NCBI GenBank assembly: GCA_035479795.1
Contig: DATIII010000001.1
Span: 7,087-71,086, forward strand
DNA from: Candidatus Saccharimonadales bacterium
Lineage (GTDB): Bacteria; Patescibacteriota; Saccharimonadia; UBA4664; SCTI01
DNA length: 64,000 bases
Direction: 5' to 3'
Part shown: positions 29,700 through 40,008 of the stretch, in pieces
How positions within the stretch are numbered: position 1 is the stretch's first letter
Layout: each line of letters starts with the position of its first letter
Notes under the pieces: model-generated
The model's input: the letters and a program-made list of their open reading frames with translations, nothing else
What the model was told of the DNA's origin: nothing
Databases searched by the model: none
Translations under genes and position numbers: made by a program

Positions 29700-32438
29700 T
29701 TACAGCTCGCCCCAGTTTTTACCAATGGAGGTATCGGCCACTAGTGGCACGCCCAGATCATATACATTCTCCATGGTGTCTTTCAGTAGCTTAGTGACGC
29801 GGTCTGCATCCTTTTCGTCGGCCTCAAGAATCAACTGGTCGTGGACTTGCAACAGCATTTTGGCATTCGATCCTTCAAGTTTTTTAGCGACTTCAATCAT
29901 GGCTATTTTCATAATGTCGGCGGCCGTACCTTGAATTGGCACATTTACGGCAATCCTCTCTGTAGAATTGCGAATCACAAAGTTACTACTTTTTATCTCT
30001 GGGCAGGGCCGGCGGCGGCCCAGAAGAGTTTCGGTGTATTCATTTTCCCGAGCAAACTTCTTTACATTCTCAATATAGGCCCGCAGATCTTTGCGAACCT
30101 CAAAATAACGGTCAATAAAGCCGGTAGCCTCTTCGCGATTCATACCAGTTGCCACGCTCAAACCATGCGGACTCATGCCGTAGAGCACACCGAAATTAAT
30201 GGTTTTGGCGCTGTAACGCTGCTCCTTGGTAACCTCATTTAGCGGGACACCGAACATTTCGCTGGCGGTTTGTTGATGCAAGTCGATGCCTTTTTTGAAA
30301 GTCTCAATCATGCCCTGGTCTTTGCTCAGAGCCGCTGCCACCCGCAGCTCAATCTGTGAATAATCAGCGCTGACCAGCACTCGTCCTTTCGGCGCCACAA
30401 AGGCTTTGCGAATCTGCCGGCCAATCTCGGTGCGAACCGGAATGTTTTGCAGGTTCGGATTGGTCGAATTCAGTCGACCGGTCTGAGCAATGGTTTGGTT
30501 AAAACTCGTATGGACCCGAGAATTTTCATCGACATACTGCGGCAATGCCTCCACGTAGGTACTGCGCAGCTTGGTCAGCTCGCGGTATTCGCTAATCAAA
30601 TTGATGATTGGGTGAGCATCACGCAGCTTTTCGAGCTCGCTGGCGGCCGTCGAAAAACCGGTCTTACCCTTCTTCACCCCAACCTTTTGCAAATCCAGCT
30701 TTTCATACAGAATCTTGGCCAGCTGGGCCGGGCTGGAGATGTTAAACTCCTCGCCCGCCGCCTTCCAAATTTGCTGCTCTAGCTTCGCAATGTCCGTCGA
30801 AATGACTTCGTTAAACTTGCGTAAAAACTCTACATCCAGCTCGATCCCAGCAATCTCCATATTGCCGAGCACTTCAATCAGCGGCCATTCCGTGGCCTCG
30901 GCCAACTTATTAAAACCTGTCTCTGACATCTGTTTTTTAAGCGACTGGTAAAGGCGCCAGGCAATATCAGCGTCTTCAGCGGCGTAGGTTATGGCCTCCT
31001 CAATCGGCACACCGTCGAAAGTAATCTGTTTTTTGCCGACTCCCAGTAACTCCGTGATCGGAATCAGCTCAATCCCAAACTCCTTATAGGCCAGGTCATC
31101 CAGCGATTGACTGCGCCCAAGCGGATTAACAATAAAGGCGGCGATCATCGTATCAAAAATGATTGGACTAGGAGCGATCCCGTGCCGCACCAGCACCTTA
31201 TAATCAAACTTTGCATTATGACCTACTTTGCCGACCTTCGGATCTTCAAATACGGCTTTTAACGCTTGGCAGACTGCTTCTTTGCTCAGCTGCGTTCCCT
31301 CACGATGCCCCACGGGGATGTAAAAACCTTCCATTTCTTTCATACTGACGGAGATACCGACCAGGTTGGCACTCATTTCGTCGATGCTATCGGTTTCAGT
31401 ATCAAAGGCAAAGGCCTCGGCGGATTTAAGGCGCTTGACCAGATCGTCCAACTGGTTCTCGGTGGTAATGGCATGGTACTCGGCGCCTTCCAGATGCTTC
31501 CGCGAGCGCTTAGCAACCTCGCTGGCCTCTTCATCAGGCTTATCGAAGAGAGTCAGCGGACCGACCTCCATTTCCGGCGGCAATTTGGCCAACAAGGTCT
31601 TAAATTCCAATTTACGAAACAAATCATGAATCGCTTGGCGGTCAAATTTGCCAACCGTCGCGCCTTTTAGATCCAGCTCCACCGGAGCGTCACAAGCGAT
31701 TTCGGATAGTTTGTGGCTTAGATAAGCGATATCCTTGTTATCGCGCAATCGCTCCCCGAGCTTGCCGGGGATCTCGTCGACGCTTTCATATATACCCTCC
31801 AGACTGCCATATTGCTGGACTAGGCTGGTGGCAGTCTTTTCCCCGACGCCCTCCACGCCGGGAATATTGTCACTGGAATCGCCCATTAAGGCTTTGACAT
31901 CCACGAATTGCCGTGGCGTCACTCCATAGCGCTCGCGCAAAGCCTCCAGGTCGTAAATGACTGTGTCGGTAAAACCGCGCCGCATCGTATAAACCCGAGT
32001 GTTTTCATCGATTAACTGGAATTCGTCCTTATCACCGGTAACGATAATCGTCTCCAAGCCCTCTTTTTCGGCCTTGCGAGCCAGGGTACCGATAATGTCA
32101 TCAGCCTCATATTTATCCAGCTCAATCCACGGCAGACCGAGCGATTCGGTCACTTGGCGAGTATATGGAATCTGGGCATACAGATCATCCGGCTGCTTTT
32201 TGCGATGGGCTTTGTACTGCGGGTACATGTCCTTGCGGAAGGTGTCGCTGGACTTGTCCCAGGTAATAATGGTGTATTTGGGTTTGAGGTCGGCCAGTAC
32301 CTTGAGCAGCATCATGGTGAAACCATAGGTAGCATTGGTTGGAATACCTTCAGCCGTCGACAGCGGCGGGATCCCATGGTACCCGCGGTGAAACACCGCG
32401 CTGCCGTCTATTAGTACTAATCGTTCTCTTTTGGCCAT
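29700..32438 (-). CDS. polA: DNA polymerase I (5'-3' exonuclease, 3'-5' exonuclease and polymerase domains).
   Basis: 912 aa with PolA motifs (RRxxKxxNFGxxYG, QVHDEL). Confidence 0.95.
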   Translation of the reverse strand: MAKRERLVLIDGSAVFHRGYHGIPPLSTAEGIPTNATYGFTMMLLKVLADLKPKYTIITWDKSSDTFRKDMYPQYKAHRKKQPDDLYAQIPYTRQVTESLGLPWIELDKYEADDIIGTLARKAEKEGLETIIVTGDKDEFQLIDENTRVYTMRRGFTDTVIYDLEALRERYGVTPRQFVDVKALMGDSSDNIPGVEGVGEKTATSLVQQYGSLEGIYESVDEIPGKLGERLRDNKDIAYLSHKLSEIACDAPVELDLKGATVGKFDRQAIHDLFRKLEFKTLLAKLPPEMEVGPLTLFDKPDEEASEVAKRSRKHLEGAEYHAITTENQLDDLVKRLKSAEAFAFDTETDSIDEMSANLVGISVSMKEMEGFYIPVGHREGTQLSKEAVCQALKAVFEDPKVGKVGHNAKFDYKVLVRHGIAPSPIIFDTMIAAFIVNPLGRSQSLDDLAYKEFGIELIPITELLGVGKKQITFDGVPIEEAITYAAEDADIAWRLYQSLKKQMSETGFNKLAEATEWPLIEVLGNMEIAGIELDVEFLRKFNEVISTDIAKLEQQIWKAAGEEFNISSPAQLAKILYEKLDLQKVGVKKGKTGFSTAASELEKLRDAHPIINLISEYRELTKLRSTYVEALPQYVDENSRVHTSFNQTIAQTGRLNSTNPNLQNIPVRTEIGRQIRKAFVAPKGRVLVSADYSQIELRVAAALSKDQGMIETFKKGIDLHQQTASEMFGVPLNEVTKEQRYSAKTINFGVLYGMSPHGLSVATGMNREEATGFIDRYFEVRKDLRAYIENVKKFARENEYTETLLGRRRPCPEIKSSNFVIRNSTERIAVNVPIQGTAADIMKIAMIEVAKKLEGSNAKMLLQVHDQLILEADEKDADRVTKLLKDTMENVYDLGVPLVADTSIGKNWGEL

Positions 32439-32498
32439 CTGGAGCCTATTATAGCGAACCTTAGCAGAGTATTATTAATATATAAACCGGCGGCTGTC

Positions 32499-33137
32499 AT
32501 GAAAGACGACATCAGCGAAGCATTGGGAATTGTCCTAGAAACCGTGTTTTCTGATATGCCGATTATCCTAGCCGCCTATGGCCCCAACGGTCTAATCAGT
32601 CTTTGGAGCAAAGGGGCCGAACTCATTACGGGCTACACTGCTGCGGAAATGATTAACAATCCGAAGGGGGCGGAACTGCTCTATCCAAATCCGCTCGAAA
32701 GAAACGAGGCCATCAAGCTCGCGAATGGCAGCGCTGGACGCATCTTTGAAATTCGCTGCAAAAATGGGAAGAGGAAAATGATTTCCTGGTACAACCCGAG
32801 GGATACGCTGCCCGAGCTTAGCCTCAAGCGTCTTATCCTGGGCATTGACGTGACCTCATACCAAACCACCATTTCAGGTATTCTAGAAGAAAAGAAGCGC
32901 CAAGCCATTGAAAATAATCGGCTGAGCGAGCTTTTGGATAAGCTACTCCAGCTAGATGCACATGAGGGCATCGACGGCAGCCGCTACAGCCGCCGCGAAG
33001 CCGACCGTATTGGCGGGGCCAGCCATCTGGGGCGCCGACAGGCCGACACCGAAGAAGACGATACCAGGCATGGTCGCCGTTGGTACGACCCACCTATTAA
33101 ACCCATAGCCAAGAAGAAGCCTCGACCAAAAAAATGA
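32499..33137 (+). CDS. PAS-domain protein, hypothetical sensor/regulator.
   Basis: PAS-like N-terminus (ILAAYGPNGLISLWSKGAELITGYTAAEMI). Basic C-terminus. Confidence 0.5.
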   Translation: MKDDISEALGIVLETVFSDMPIILAAYGPNGLISLWSKGAELITGYTAAEMINNPKGAELLYPNPLERNEAIKLANGSAGRIFEIRCKNGKRKMISWYNPRDTLPELSLKRLILGIDVTSYQTTISGILEEKKRQAIENNRLSELLDKLLQLDAHEGIDGSRYSRREADRIGGASHLGRRQADTEEDDTRHGRRWYDPPIKPIAKKKPRPKK

Positions 33138-33139
33138 AG

Positions 33140-33178
33140 GAACCCCGAGGGGCACGGGGCCCTTCGGGGTTTTGAAGT
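33140..33178. terminator. Bidirectional terminator between convergent genes (CCCCGAGGGGCACGGGGCCCTTCGGGGTTTTG; T7 run on the minus strand).
   Basis: Long GC palindrome with T-tracts on both strands. Confidence 0.6.
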
Positions 33179-33937
33179 TTAGGCGTGGTCGGTGGCATAC
33201 AGAACCACTGGATTGTCAGCCCGATTAGACTCGAGTCCATTATCCAGGAGCCCCCACAGGAACTTGGCGGTGCGCCTGAGAGCCGGCAGACCGAGATCGT
33301 TCACCACTATCACGTCGGGCCTAATATCGATTAGGCCAGCCTCGGTGGGGTTTTTCTTTACCTCTTTGCGGGGGTTGAAAACCTTGACGACGGCTCCACC
33401 GTGTTCGCGAATCAGGGCCGCATTGGATGGCATGCGAATACTGACACTGACGAAGTCGTGGCTCTCGACCGCGATACGCAGGTCCGGATCGAGGTAAAGG
33501 TCCCAGAAATCTTCGGCCACAAACTCGACGAGAAAGACCCCCAAGAACTCCAGCAGTTCACGATGCTCGGCCCGGTTAGCCATGGATATATTACGCGGGA
33601 ACTTGTCTTTTTTCAGATATCGCTCGAGCGCTGAAAGCCCGCCACTCTTGGCCATAGCTTCCTTGACTAATGCCTTAGTCAGCTTCCTACCGGAATTGTT
33701 GCTGACCAGTCGATTTAGCACTAGCGTCAAGGCATCGCCGATGTCATGAAAGCGCTTCATCGAGTAGCCAGATTGCGCAGACCAGTGAATGCCCCACTCA
33801 TTGGCGAGGGCAATCACGTAGGTGCTGTACTCCAGAGTGGTCGCCTTACCAGCCAGTTCTCCCAGCATATTGCCAAGAGTTGTCTTGCCATGGCCGCTGC
33901 CACCGGCCAAGCCGGCCAGCTTAACTGGGCTGCTCAT
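33179..33937 (-). CDS. P-loop NTPase / kinase-like protein (252 aa), family unassigned.
   Basis: Walker A (LAGLAGGSGHGKTTLG). ATG at 33937 preceded by AGGAG. The longer track ORF is rejected because its extension overlaps the upstream gene. GC-rich block. Confidence 0.55.
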   Translation of the reverse strand: MSSPVKLAGLAGGSGHGKTTLGNMLGELAGKATTLEYSTYVIALANEWGIHWSAQSGYSMKRFHDIGDALTLVLNRLVSNNSGRKLTKALVKEAMAKSGGLSALERYLKKDKFPRNISMANRAEHRELLEFLGVFLVEFVAEDFWDLYLDPDLRIAVESHDFVSVSIRMPSNAALIREHGGAVVKVFNPRKEVKKNPTEAGLIDIRPDVIVVNDLGLPALRRTAKFLWGLLDNGLESNRADNPVVLYATDHA

Positions 33938-34038
33938 TAGGAACTCCTGACCTCGAATTTTCAGGTGGTGATAGATTAGCGCAAACTTTGGCGAATTAAA
34001 AGCCCTGGAGGACATCCGTGTCCTCCAGGGAATTGGGC

Positions 34039-34512
34039 TTAAACCGCCCAGGCCGACTTCCAGCCGTGCTTCCACATCCACATCGCCGCCAGGGCCGCCC
34101 ACCTGGGTTGGTAGGGCGAATGGTGGCGATACGGCGTGTAGGCCCACGTGCGGGGCATGAACTGGTAGAGGCCGGCCGCGCCGGAGCTGGAGTTGGTAAC
34201 CCTCCAGTTGTAGCGCGACTCGCGGTGGGCGATGTAATACGCCTCGTAGCGGCTCTGGCCATAGTGACGGGCCGCCCGCGCAATAAAGCATCGGGCAATC
34301 CGCTCTCGGCTCGAAAGCCGCCAGCAGCTCGGTGTCCCCCGCTGGTAGCGGGTGCACAGCCGATTGGCGCAATGATCGGGCCAGCGAACCGTACGGTGCT
34401 GGCTATGGTTGGTGGCAGCCTGAGCCGGCTGCCCGGACGTTTCAGTCCGCCCGAAAGCGGGTGTGTTCAGCGCAAAGAAAAGCGCGAGAACTGTTGCGGT
34501 TGATCGTCGCAC
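34039..34512 (-). CDS. Small secreted lytic transglycosylase-like protein (SLT domain), 157 aa.
   Basis: Signal peptide (MRRSTATVLALFFALNTPAFG). SLT catalytic motif (E-S...GAAGLYQFMPRTW). GTG start preceded by AAGGAG. Confidence 0.55.
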   Translation of the reverse strand: MRRSTATVLALFFALNTPAFGRTETSGQPAQAATNHSQHRTVRWPDHCANRLCTRYQRGTPSCWRLSSRERIARCFIARAARHYGQSRYEAYYIAHRESRYNWRVTNSSSGAAGLYQFMPRTWAYTPYRHHSPYQPRWAALAAMWMWKHGWKSAWAV

Positions 34513-34795
34513 GGTGATTACTCCTTGATTTGAGGTTATCTCTTCAGGTGGTTCCTGTGCGGCAATCGCTCGTATCAGTCTCTCGCGGCCTCCGCTTCCG
34601 CCGGCTGGCGGCCAGCGGATTTGCGGCCGGGATAATTACAATCCGTACGAGATCTAACAGCGATCACCTAGTGCCGAATGATTATTCGGTCTATGGAGCA
34701 ACTTCAGGTGAAATAAATTCTCCTTGGTTGTGGACAATCTGTACTCATTTTAACAGCTGACCGAATTTGACTCAAGTTTAACAGGATTCGTAAAT

Positions 34796-35122
34796 TCAGG
34801 ATGCGGGATTCAAGTGCTCGTAATCATCAGGTTCGACGGTGTCTCCCTCTGGAATTGTTTTGTCACGAACGTCGTCTACGCGCCGGGCCTCCTCGGCCTC
34901 GATAATCGCCCGTCGCTCAGCTATATCTTCCCTGATCTCGGACAGTGGTCGACGAGACCCATCTCCCGCCTCATACTGCTGACTTCCCTTTTGATTAGGC
35001 ACAGAGTCGTATTTATCGGCCAACTCCTCCAAACTGCGTGCCTCTAAAGTCTCGGCCTCCTCTTTTTCTAAGCGGCCAAGCTTGGCTTCATTAGACATTG
35101 GCCCCGGTCCGGTTTCACTCAT
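34796..35122 (-). CDS. Acidic hypothetical protein (108 aa).
   Basis: AGGAGAG SD 6 nt upstream of the ATG. Lies 2 nt downstream of the kinase-like gene in the sigA operon region. Confidence 0.5.
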   Translation of the reverse strand: MSETGPGPMSNEAKLGRLEKEEAETLEARSLEELADKYDSVPNQKGSQQYEAGDGSRRPLSEIREDIAERRAIIEAEEARRVDDVRDKTIPEGDTVEPDDYEHLNPAS

Positions 35123-35123
35123 A

Positions 35124-35723
35124 TTACTCTCCTGTATAAAAACGTCTTAAATTTTCGGGATAATCGGTGGCCAGCGCCTTGGCGCACTCTTCGAATTGGT
35201 GTAAGGTGCCGGCGTTTTCAATGACCGTATCGGACATTTCAATTACTTTATCTACCTGGTGGCTGGGGCTGTTACGCTCGGCCTGCTCCTGGGCCGCAAA
35301 GGTCTCAAAATCGGTGGCATCGCCCGCACGCTTACGCGCTAGCACACGCTCGAACCGCACCTTTTGCGGGGCATCTACGGTGATAACAACTCCATTATGT
35401 ATTCGAACCACGCCTACCTCGGTGGCATGACGCATGCCTGGGTACAAAAGTAGATCAACCCCTTCCCCCGCCTTTGCAATGGCGGCCTCAATCCAATAGT
35501 TGCTGCCCTTTTCCTGGCGCACTGCCTCTGCCGCATGCTTGTCGACGCTACGATCGCCGGGATTACCCAAATGGTGCTCTTCCACATAGGCGCGAACCAG
35601 ATCACCAGGGGGCACAATGGCGCATTTTAAGCCCTTGGCAGTTAGGTATTTCGATAGTAGCTGGGCCAGCGTATCCTTACCTGCGCCCGGCTGACCAGTA
35701 ATCCCAATAATCGTCGGTTGCAT
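35124..35723 (-). CDS. P-loop nucleoside/nucleotide kinase-like protein (AAA_33-like).
   Basis: Walker A (IIGITGQPGAGKDTLAQ). ~200 aa. Confidence 0.6.
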   Translation of the reverse strand: MQPTIIGITGQPGAGKDTLAQLLSKYLTAKGLKCAIVPPGDLVRAYVEEHHLGNPGDRSVDKHAAEAVRQEKGSNYWIEAAIAKAGEGVDLLLYPGMRHATEVGVVRIHNGVVITVDAPQKVRFERVLARKRAGDATDFETFAAQEQAERNSPSHQVDKVIEMSDTVIENAGTLHQFEECAKALATDYPENLRRFYTGE

Positions 35724-35783
35724 AGGAGTAAGTATAACAAAACCGCCCTGGCTGGGCGGCTTGTTGTTAAATACTGAAATTTC

Positions 35784-36902
35784 TTACTGCAGGTAGTCTT
35801 TGAGCTTCTTACTCTCGCGATGCTTGCGCAGCTTGGCCAGGGCCTTGGCTTCAATCTGCCGAATCCGCTCACGAGTCACACCGAACTCCAAGCCAACTTC
35901 TTCGAGGGTGTGCTGACGGCCGTCTTCCAAACCAAAGCGCATGCGTAGAATCTTCTGCTCACGCGGAGTCAGCAGGGCTAAAACCTCGTTAACATCCTCT
36001 TTGAGTAACTGGTTGGTGGCGTTTTCTAGCGGCGTCTTACCGTCTTCATCTTCGATGAACTCGCCCAGGTTAGAGTCGCCATCATCCCCCACTGGCTGCT
36101 CCAGCGACACAATGTCCTGTTTAATCTTAAGGATGTGATTGACCTTATCAACGTCAATTTCCATCTCGGCCGCAATTTCCTCCGGCAGCGGCTCGCGGCC
36201 AAGCTCTTGCACCAAGCGTCGCTGGGTGCGAATCAGCTTGTTAATCGTCTCCACCATGTGGACTGGAATACGAATGGTTCGGGCTTGGTCAGCGATGGCG
36301 CGGGTAATAGCCTGGCGGATCCACCAAGTGGCATAGGTCGAAAACTTAAATCCCTTGGTGTAATCGAACTTCTCGACGGCGCGCAGCAGGCCCGCCGAAC
36401 CCTCTTGAATCAGGTCCAGCAGGTCCAGGCCGCGACCAATATATTTCTTGGCAATCGAAACCACCAGGCGCAGGTTGGCCTCGACCATTTTGTCTTTGGC
36501 CGACTTGTCACCTTTGGCAATCCGCTTGGCCAATTCAACTTCTTCCTGAGCCGTCAGTAGCGGTACCCGGCCGATTTCACGCAGATACAGCCGTACGCTG
36601 TCGTCGGCAATATCTTTGGTATAGTCCTCTTCCTTTTCCTCTTCCTCGGCCGTATCCCAGATGAGCCGTTCCTTTTGGTCAGTCAATTCCACGCCATTTT
36701 CGAGTAGCGCAGCATACAGCTCATCGAGCTCCTCAATATTGTCTTCGGCGTCTGGGATAGCCTGGGCAACTTCCTGCTGAGTAACGAACCCTTGCTCCTT
36801 GCCCTTGGCAATCAGGCGCTCAATCTCGGCGCTATAAGTAGTGCCCTCTTTTTCCTCAGTCTTGTCTGCTTCAACTTCTGGTGCTTTTGCTTTACGTGCC
36901 AT
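35784..36902 (-). CDS. rpoD: RNA polymerase sigma-70 factor RpoD/SigA.
   Basis: Regions 2-4 present ([42 protein letters not shown]). Confidence 0.95.
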   Translation of the reverse strand: MARKAKAPEVEADKTEEKEGTTYSAEIERLIAKGKEQGFVTQQEVAQAIPDAEDNIEELDELYAALLENGVELTDQKERLIWDTAEEEEKEEDYTKDIADDSVRLYLREIGRVPLLTAQEEVELAKRIAKGDKSAKDKMVEANLRLVVSIAKKYIGRGLDLLDLIQEGSAGLLRAVEKFDYTKGFKFSTYATWWIRQAITRAIADQARTIRIPVHMVETINKLIRTQRRLVQELGREPLPEEIAAEMEIDVDKVNHILKIKQDIVSLEQPVGDDGDSNLGEFIEDEDGKTPLENATNQLLKEDVNEVLALLTPREQKILRMRFGLEDGRQHTLEEVGLEFGVTRERIRQIEAKALAKLRKHRESKKLKDYLQ

Positions 36903-37048
36903 TTTTCTCCTGTTGTCTTAAAACCCTAATTTCTAATATCTAAATCCTAAATAAATCCAAAATCATAAATCCAAACCTTTTGGGCATTTGAATTTGGTGC
37001 TTGGCAATTATTTAGAAATTAGGATTTAGATATTCGTGCTTCTGCTAA
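36903..37048. repeat. AT-rich imperfect palindrome of ~145 bp between the sigA start and the dnaG stop (CTAATTTCTAATATCTAAATCCTAAAT ... ATTTAGAAATTAGGATTTAGATATT).
   Basis: Inverted-repeat arms read in the sequence. Contains AGGATTTAG-type motifs. Confidence 0.5.
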
Positions 37049-38812
37049 CTAATCTTCGTTAGTTAGCAGCGCTTGATACTGTGCCAATAGCCGGCGGACC
37101 AAATCATGGTCGCCACTAGCCTCAGCCTCCTTCAATTTGTGGCTGAGTTTGGACTTAGTATCTTTGTTCGAACTCGTTTGCAGTCTTCTCACCAGCTCGA
37201 ATGCCTCGAGGCTGCGATCTGCTGGAGCAAAGGATCCGTATTCTTCCTCGCCCCGTAGTGCCAGTATTTTCACATAATCTGCGTGGTTTGGCAAGGCTCC
37301 AGCCAATTGCGCCAAAGTCATTTGCGGATCGCGTTGTAAGGTTTCGAGAATCATTTGATTGTCCGGCTCGCCAAAGTGGGCCGGCGTCAGATCCTCAAGG
37401 CTGAGGCGAACCTCTGGGTAGGCCAGGTTAACGGCCAGAACTGATTCCTCTAGCAACTTCTTAGATGGCTTGGGCGGGATAACCCGCGTCTTCGGTGGCG
37501 GGGCTACCTCAACCCTAGGCTGAGACTTTGTCGGCACGTCTTTGGGGGCCTGCTCAATCTTTTCATTAATCGCGGCTTCGGAGATACCTAGCTTTTCGGC
37601 CAGCAGCTTCACATAATGATCACGCTCCACCGGATCACCGAGGCGGCGCAGGTTGGCCGCCAGTCGATCACTGTACTGCCGCTTACCGGTGGCGGTGGTG
37701 ATGTCGTATTCCGTCGCCAGTTGATCAAAGAGGTAGTCAATGGCATATTGCGAATCAGTAATAGCTTGCCGCCACTTGCCGACGTCCTGCTGGATTAACT
37801 CGTCGGGATCTTTGGCGCCGCCCAGCCGGACCATCGAAAGCGTAATTCCAAGGTTTTGGCTAAGTTCAATGGCTCGCTCGGTAGCCTTTAGGCCTGCAGC
37901 ATCGGCATCAAAACAAATTTTAATATTTTTGGTAAGTCGTCCCAGGATTTTTAGCTGATCAATCGTCAATGCTGTCCCGCTGGCGGCCACCACCTGCTTT
38001 ACACCAGCTTGGTGGCTGGCTACCACATCCATATTTCCTTCGACCAACACTACTTCGTCATGCTCGCGAATAGCTGGTTTGGCCAAATGTAAACCAAAGA
38101 TCACCCGACTTTTGTCATATAACGGCGTTTGTGGAGTATTGAGATACTTGGGCACTTGCTCGGGATCTAGCACTCGGCCAGTGAAGCCGACAGGCCGTCC
38201 ATTGACATCACAAATCGTAAACATCAGCCGGCCGCGATATAGATCGTAAACCGTACTTCGTCCTTCCCGCTGGCCGACCAGACCAGCCTTCTTCAGCTCG
38301 GCAGCCGTAAAGTCTTTCTTAACTAAAAAATGGCTGAGGGCGTTCCAGTCATCAGGGGCATAGCCAATTTGAAAGTCCTTGATGGTCTGCTTCGATAATT
38401 TCCGGGTAACGGTAGCATACTTTAGAGCCGCCGGATTTTTAACCAATGAAGCCTGAAAGTACTTCACCGCCAGCGCCACGGCGGCGGCCAGTCGCTCGCC
38501 TTCCTTTTTGTCTTTGGCGGCACTGGCACTGCGCGGCTTGAGCTCCACACCAGCCTGGCGCGCTAATTTTTCTAAGGCTTCGGGGAAACCAATGCCCTCG
38601 TACTTCATGACAAAGCTCAGCACATCCCCGCCTTCACCACAACCAAAGCAATGCCAAATCCCCTTTTCGGGGCTGACCATAAAGCTAGCCGACTTTTCCT
38701 GGTGGAAGGGGCAGGGTGACTTCAAATTACGACCCGCCTGCTTTAGCGGCACATAGGCATTTATCACCTCAGCGATGTCCAGCCGCTCCTTAACCTCTTC
38801 CACTTCGTTCAT
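37049..38812 (-). CDS. dnaG: DNA primase DnaG.
   Basis: Zinc finger (CPFHQEKSASF...CFGCG). TOPRIM domain. Start chosen at MNEVEEVKERLDIAEVI. Confidence 0.9.
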   Translation of the reverse strand: MNEVEEVKERLDIAEVINAYVPLKQAGRNLKSPCPFHQEKSASFMVSPEKGIWHCFGCGEGGDVLSFVMKYEGIGFPEALEKLARQAGVELKPRSASAAKDKKEGERLAAAVALAVKYFQASLVKNPAALKYATVTRKLSKQTIKDFQIGYAPDDWNALSHFLVKKDFTAAELKKAGLVGQREGRSTVYDLYRGRLMFTICDVNGRPVGFTGRVLDPEQVPKYLNTPQTPLYDKSRVIFGLHLAKPAIREHDEVVLVEGNMDVVASHQAGVKQVVAASGTALTIDQLKILGRLTKNIKICFDADAAGLKATERAIELSQNLGITLSMVRLGGAKDPDELIQQDVGKWRQAITDSQYAIDYLFDQLATEYDITTATGKRQYSDRLAANLRRLGDPVERDHYVKLLAEKLGISEAAINEKIEQAPKDVPTKSQPRVEVAPPPKTRVIPPKPSKKLLEESVLAVNLAYPEVRLSLEDLTPAHFGEPDNQMILETLQRDPQMTLAQLAGALPNHADYVKILALRGEEEYGSFAPADRSLEAFELVRRLQTSSNKDTKSKLSHKLKEAEASGDHDLVRRLLAQYQALLTNED

Positions 38813-39067
38813 GTAAGTATTATACAGATAAGAGCGTACAAAAGGCGAAAGCCCCGACATCATGTCGAGGCTTCCAGCCAACTTCTACTGCATAGGGCGC
38901 CCAAACGGCCCCGGTATGTGGCCTTGGCGGTTCACAACGTACTGCAAGCCTCGGCCTATTTATGTGCACCACAAGAGAGCTGCGATAGGTGGCGCACTGG
39001 CGCTGGCGGGTCATACGGAGAGCCGGGCTAAGACCAGGCTGCACGCAGAGCTTTCGCCAGTCGCAGT

Positions 39068-39829
39068 CTAGAAAGGGAGTACGTCCAGTGACCGAGCCTT
39101 CTTGACGAACGGATTCTTGAACTTCACCACCATGTCTGGTGGCCGACGCTTCGGCCGCTCGAAGTACTTGAACCTGTCCGGCCAGGAGCGCAGATGAATC
39201 TCCGCCCTCGAAGTCCGGAAACAAACGACCACCAACCCCGCTGCTGGCACCAAGCCGTTTTCGAGCACGTAGGCGGTCTTGGCTTCCTTTTCGGCAGCGC
39301 TCAGGTTGAAGGCGTGGTTGAGATTGACTGCGTTAACCGTCTTGCTCTCCAAGCCGAATCCCAGATCCGTAACGAAGTCGATCGGATGGTGGTACGGGGT
39401 GCGCTCGATGATCTTGCCAAAGCGGCCCAGCCGCACCTGCCGCTCGATGATGTCCTCGCCGAGCAAGCCCATGGCCGTCAGGCTCAAGCCTGCGTGGGTG
39501 TAACCGCCAGGCGTCTGGGACTCAAAGCGTTCGGCTTCCTCACGGGGCGAGTGCGCATGCCCCTTAGAACAGACTGCGTAATCATCCTCCACCTCAGCCA
39601 ACGGAATTGGCACTCCGCAGGTTGGGTTGGGGCACTTTATGTGCCCGGCTGGGGCATTCCAGATCGAATCTCGGTTGACCCGAATCCTCGACCGCAAGCG
39701 CTTGGGGGTAGTCTGGACTGCGCGGCCACCTTCGATGACCTTCAGCGGTGTCCGCTTGATCCGCAGATGCTTGGCCGCCTCTAGGGCAGCCGACTCTTCC
39801 GCCGGAAGGCGGGCTGCCAGAGTGACCAT
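39068..39829 (-). CDS. PD-(D/E)XK nuclease-like protein with an N-terminal zinc ribbon (253 aa), unassigned family.
   Basis: CPNPTCGV...CSKGH zinc ribbon. Putative D...E-S-K motif (HPIDFVTDLGFGLESK). GC-rich block. Confidence 0.4.
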   Translation of the reverse strand: MVTLAARLPAEESAALEAAKHLRIKRTPLKVIEGGRAVQTTPKRLRSRIRVNRDSIWNAPAGHIKCPNPTCGVPIPLAEVEDDYAVCSKGHAHSPREEAERFESQTPGGYTHAGLSLTAMGLLGEDIIERQVRLGRFGKIIERTPYHHPIDFVTDLGFGLESKTVNAVNLNHAFNLSAAEKEAKTAYVLENGLVPAAGLVVVCFRTSRAEIHLRSWPDRFKYFERPKRRPPDMVVKFKNPFVKKARSLDVLPF

Positions 39830-40008
39830 TAGTCGTCCCCTTGCTCGATTTGCAGAAGTTTGGCTGTCGAATTACGCTCGGTAAGTCCACCTCACCATAA
39901 GCACTTTCATTATGCTCCCGCTTATTGATAAGCTCAAGCTTTATAATTGCGGTTTGCCCCGCCACTTGAGCGGGGCCGGTAGCGACCTGACGGTCGAAAC
40001 CTAGTTGG

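Noticed and set aside
33938-34503. Track ORF 33179-34372 as a 397-aa protein, plus antisense ORFs 33996-34298 and 34018-34503.
   Set aside because: The 5' extension overlaps the upstream SLT-like gene and is GC-driven. An internal ATG at 33937 with an AGGAG SD gives a compact P-loop protein. The antisense ORFs are Arg/Pro/Gly-rich artefacts.
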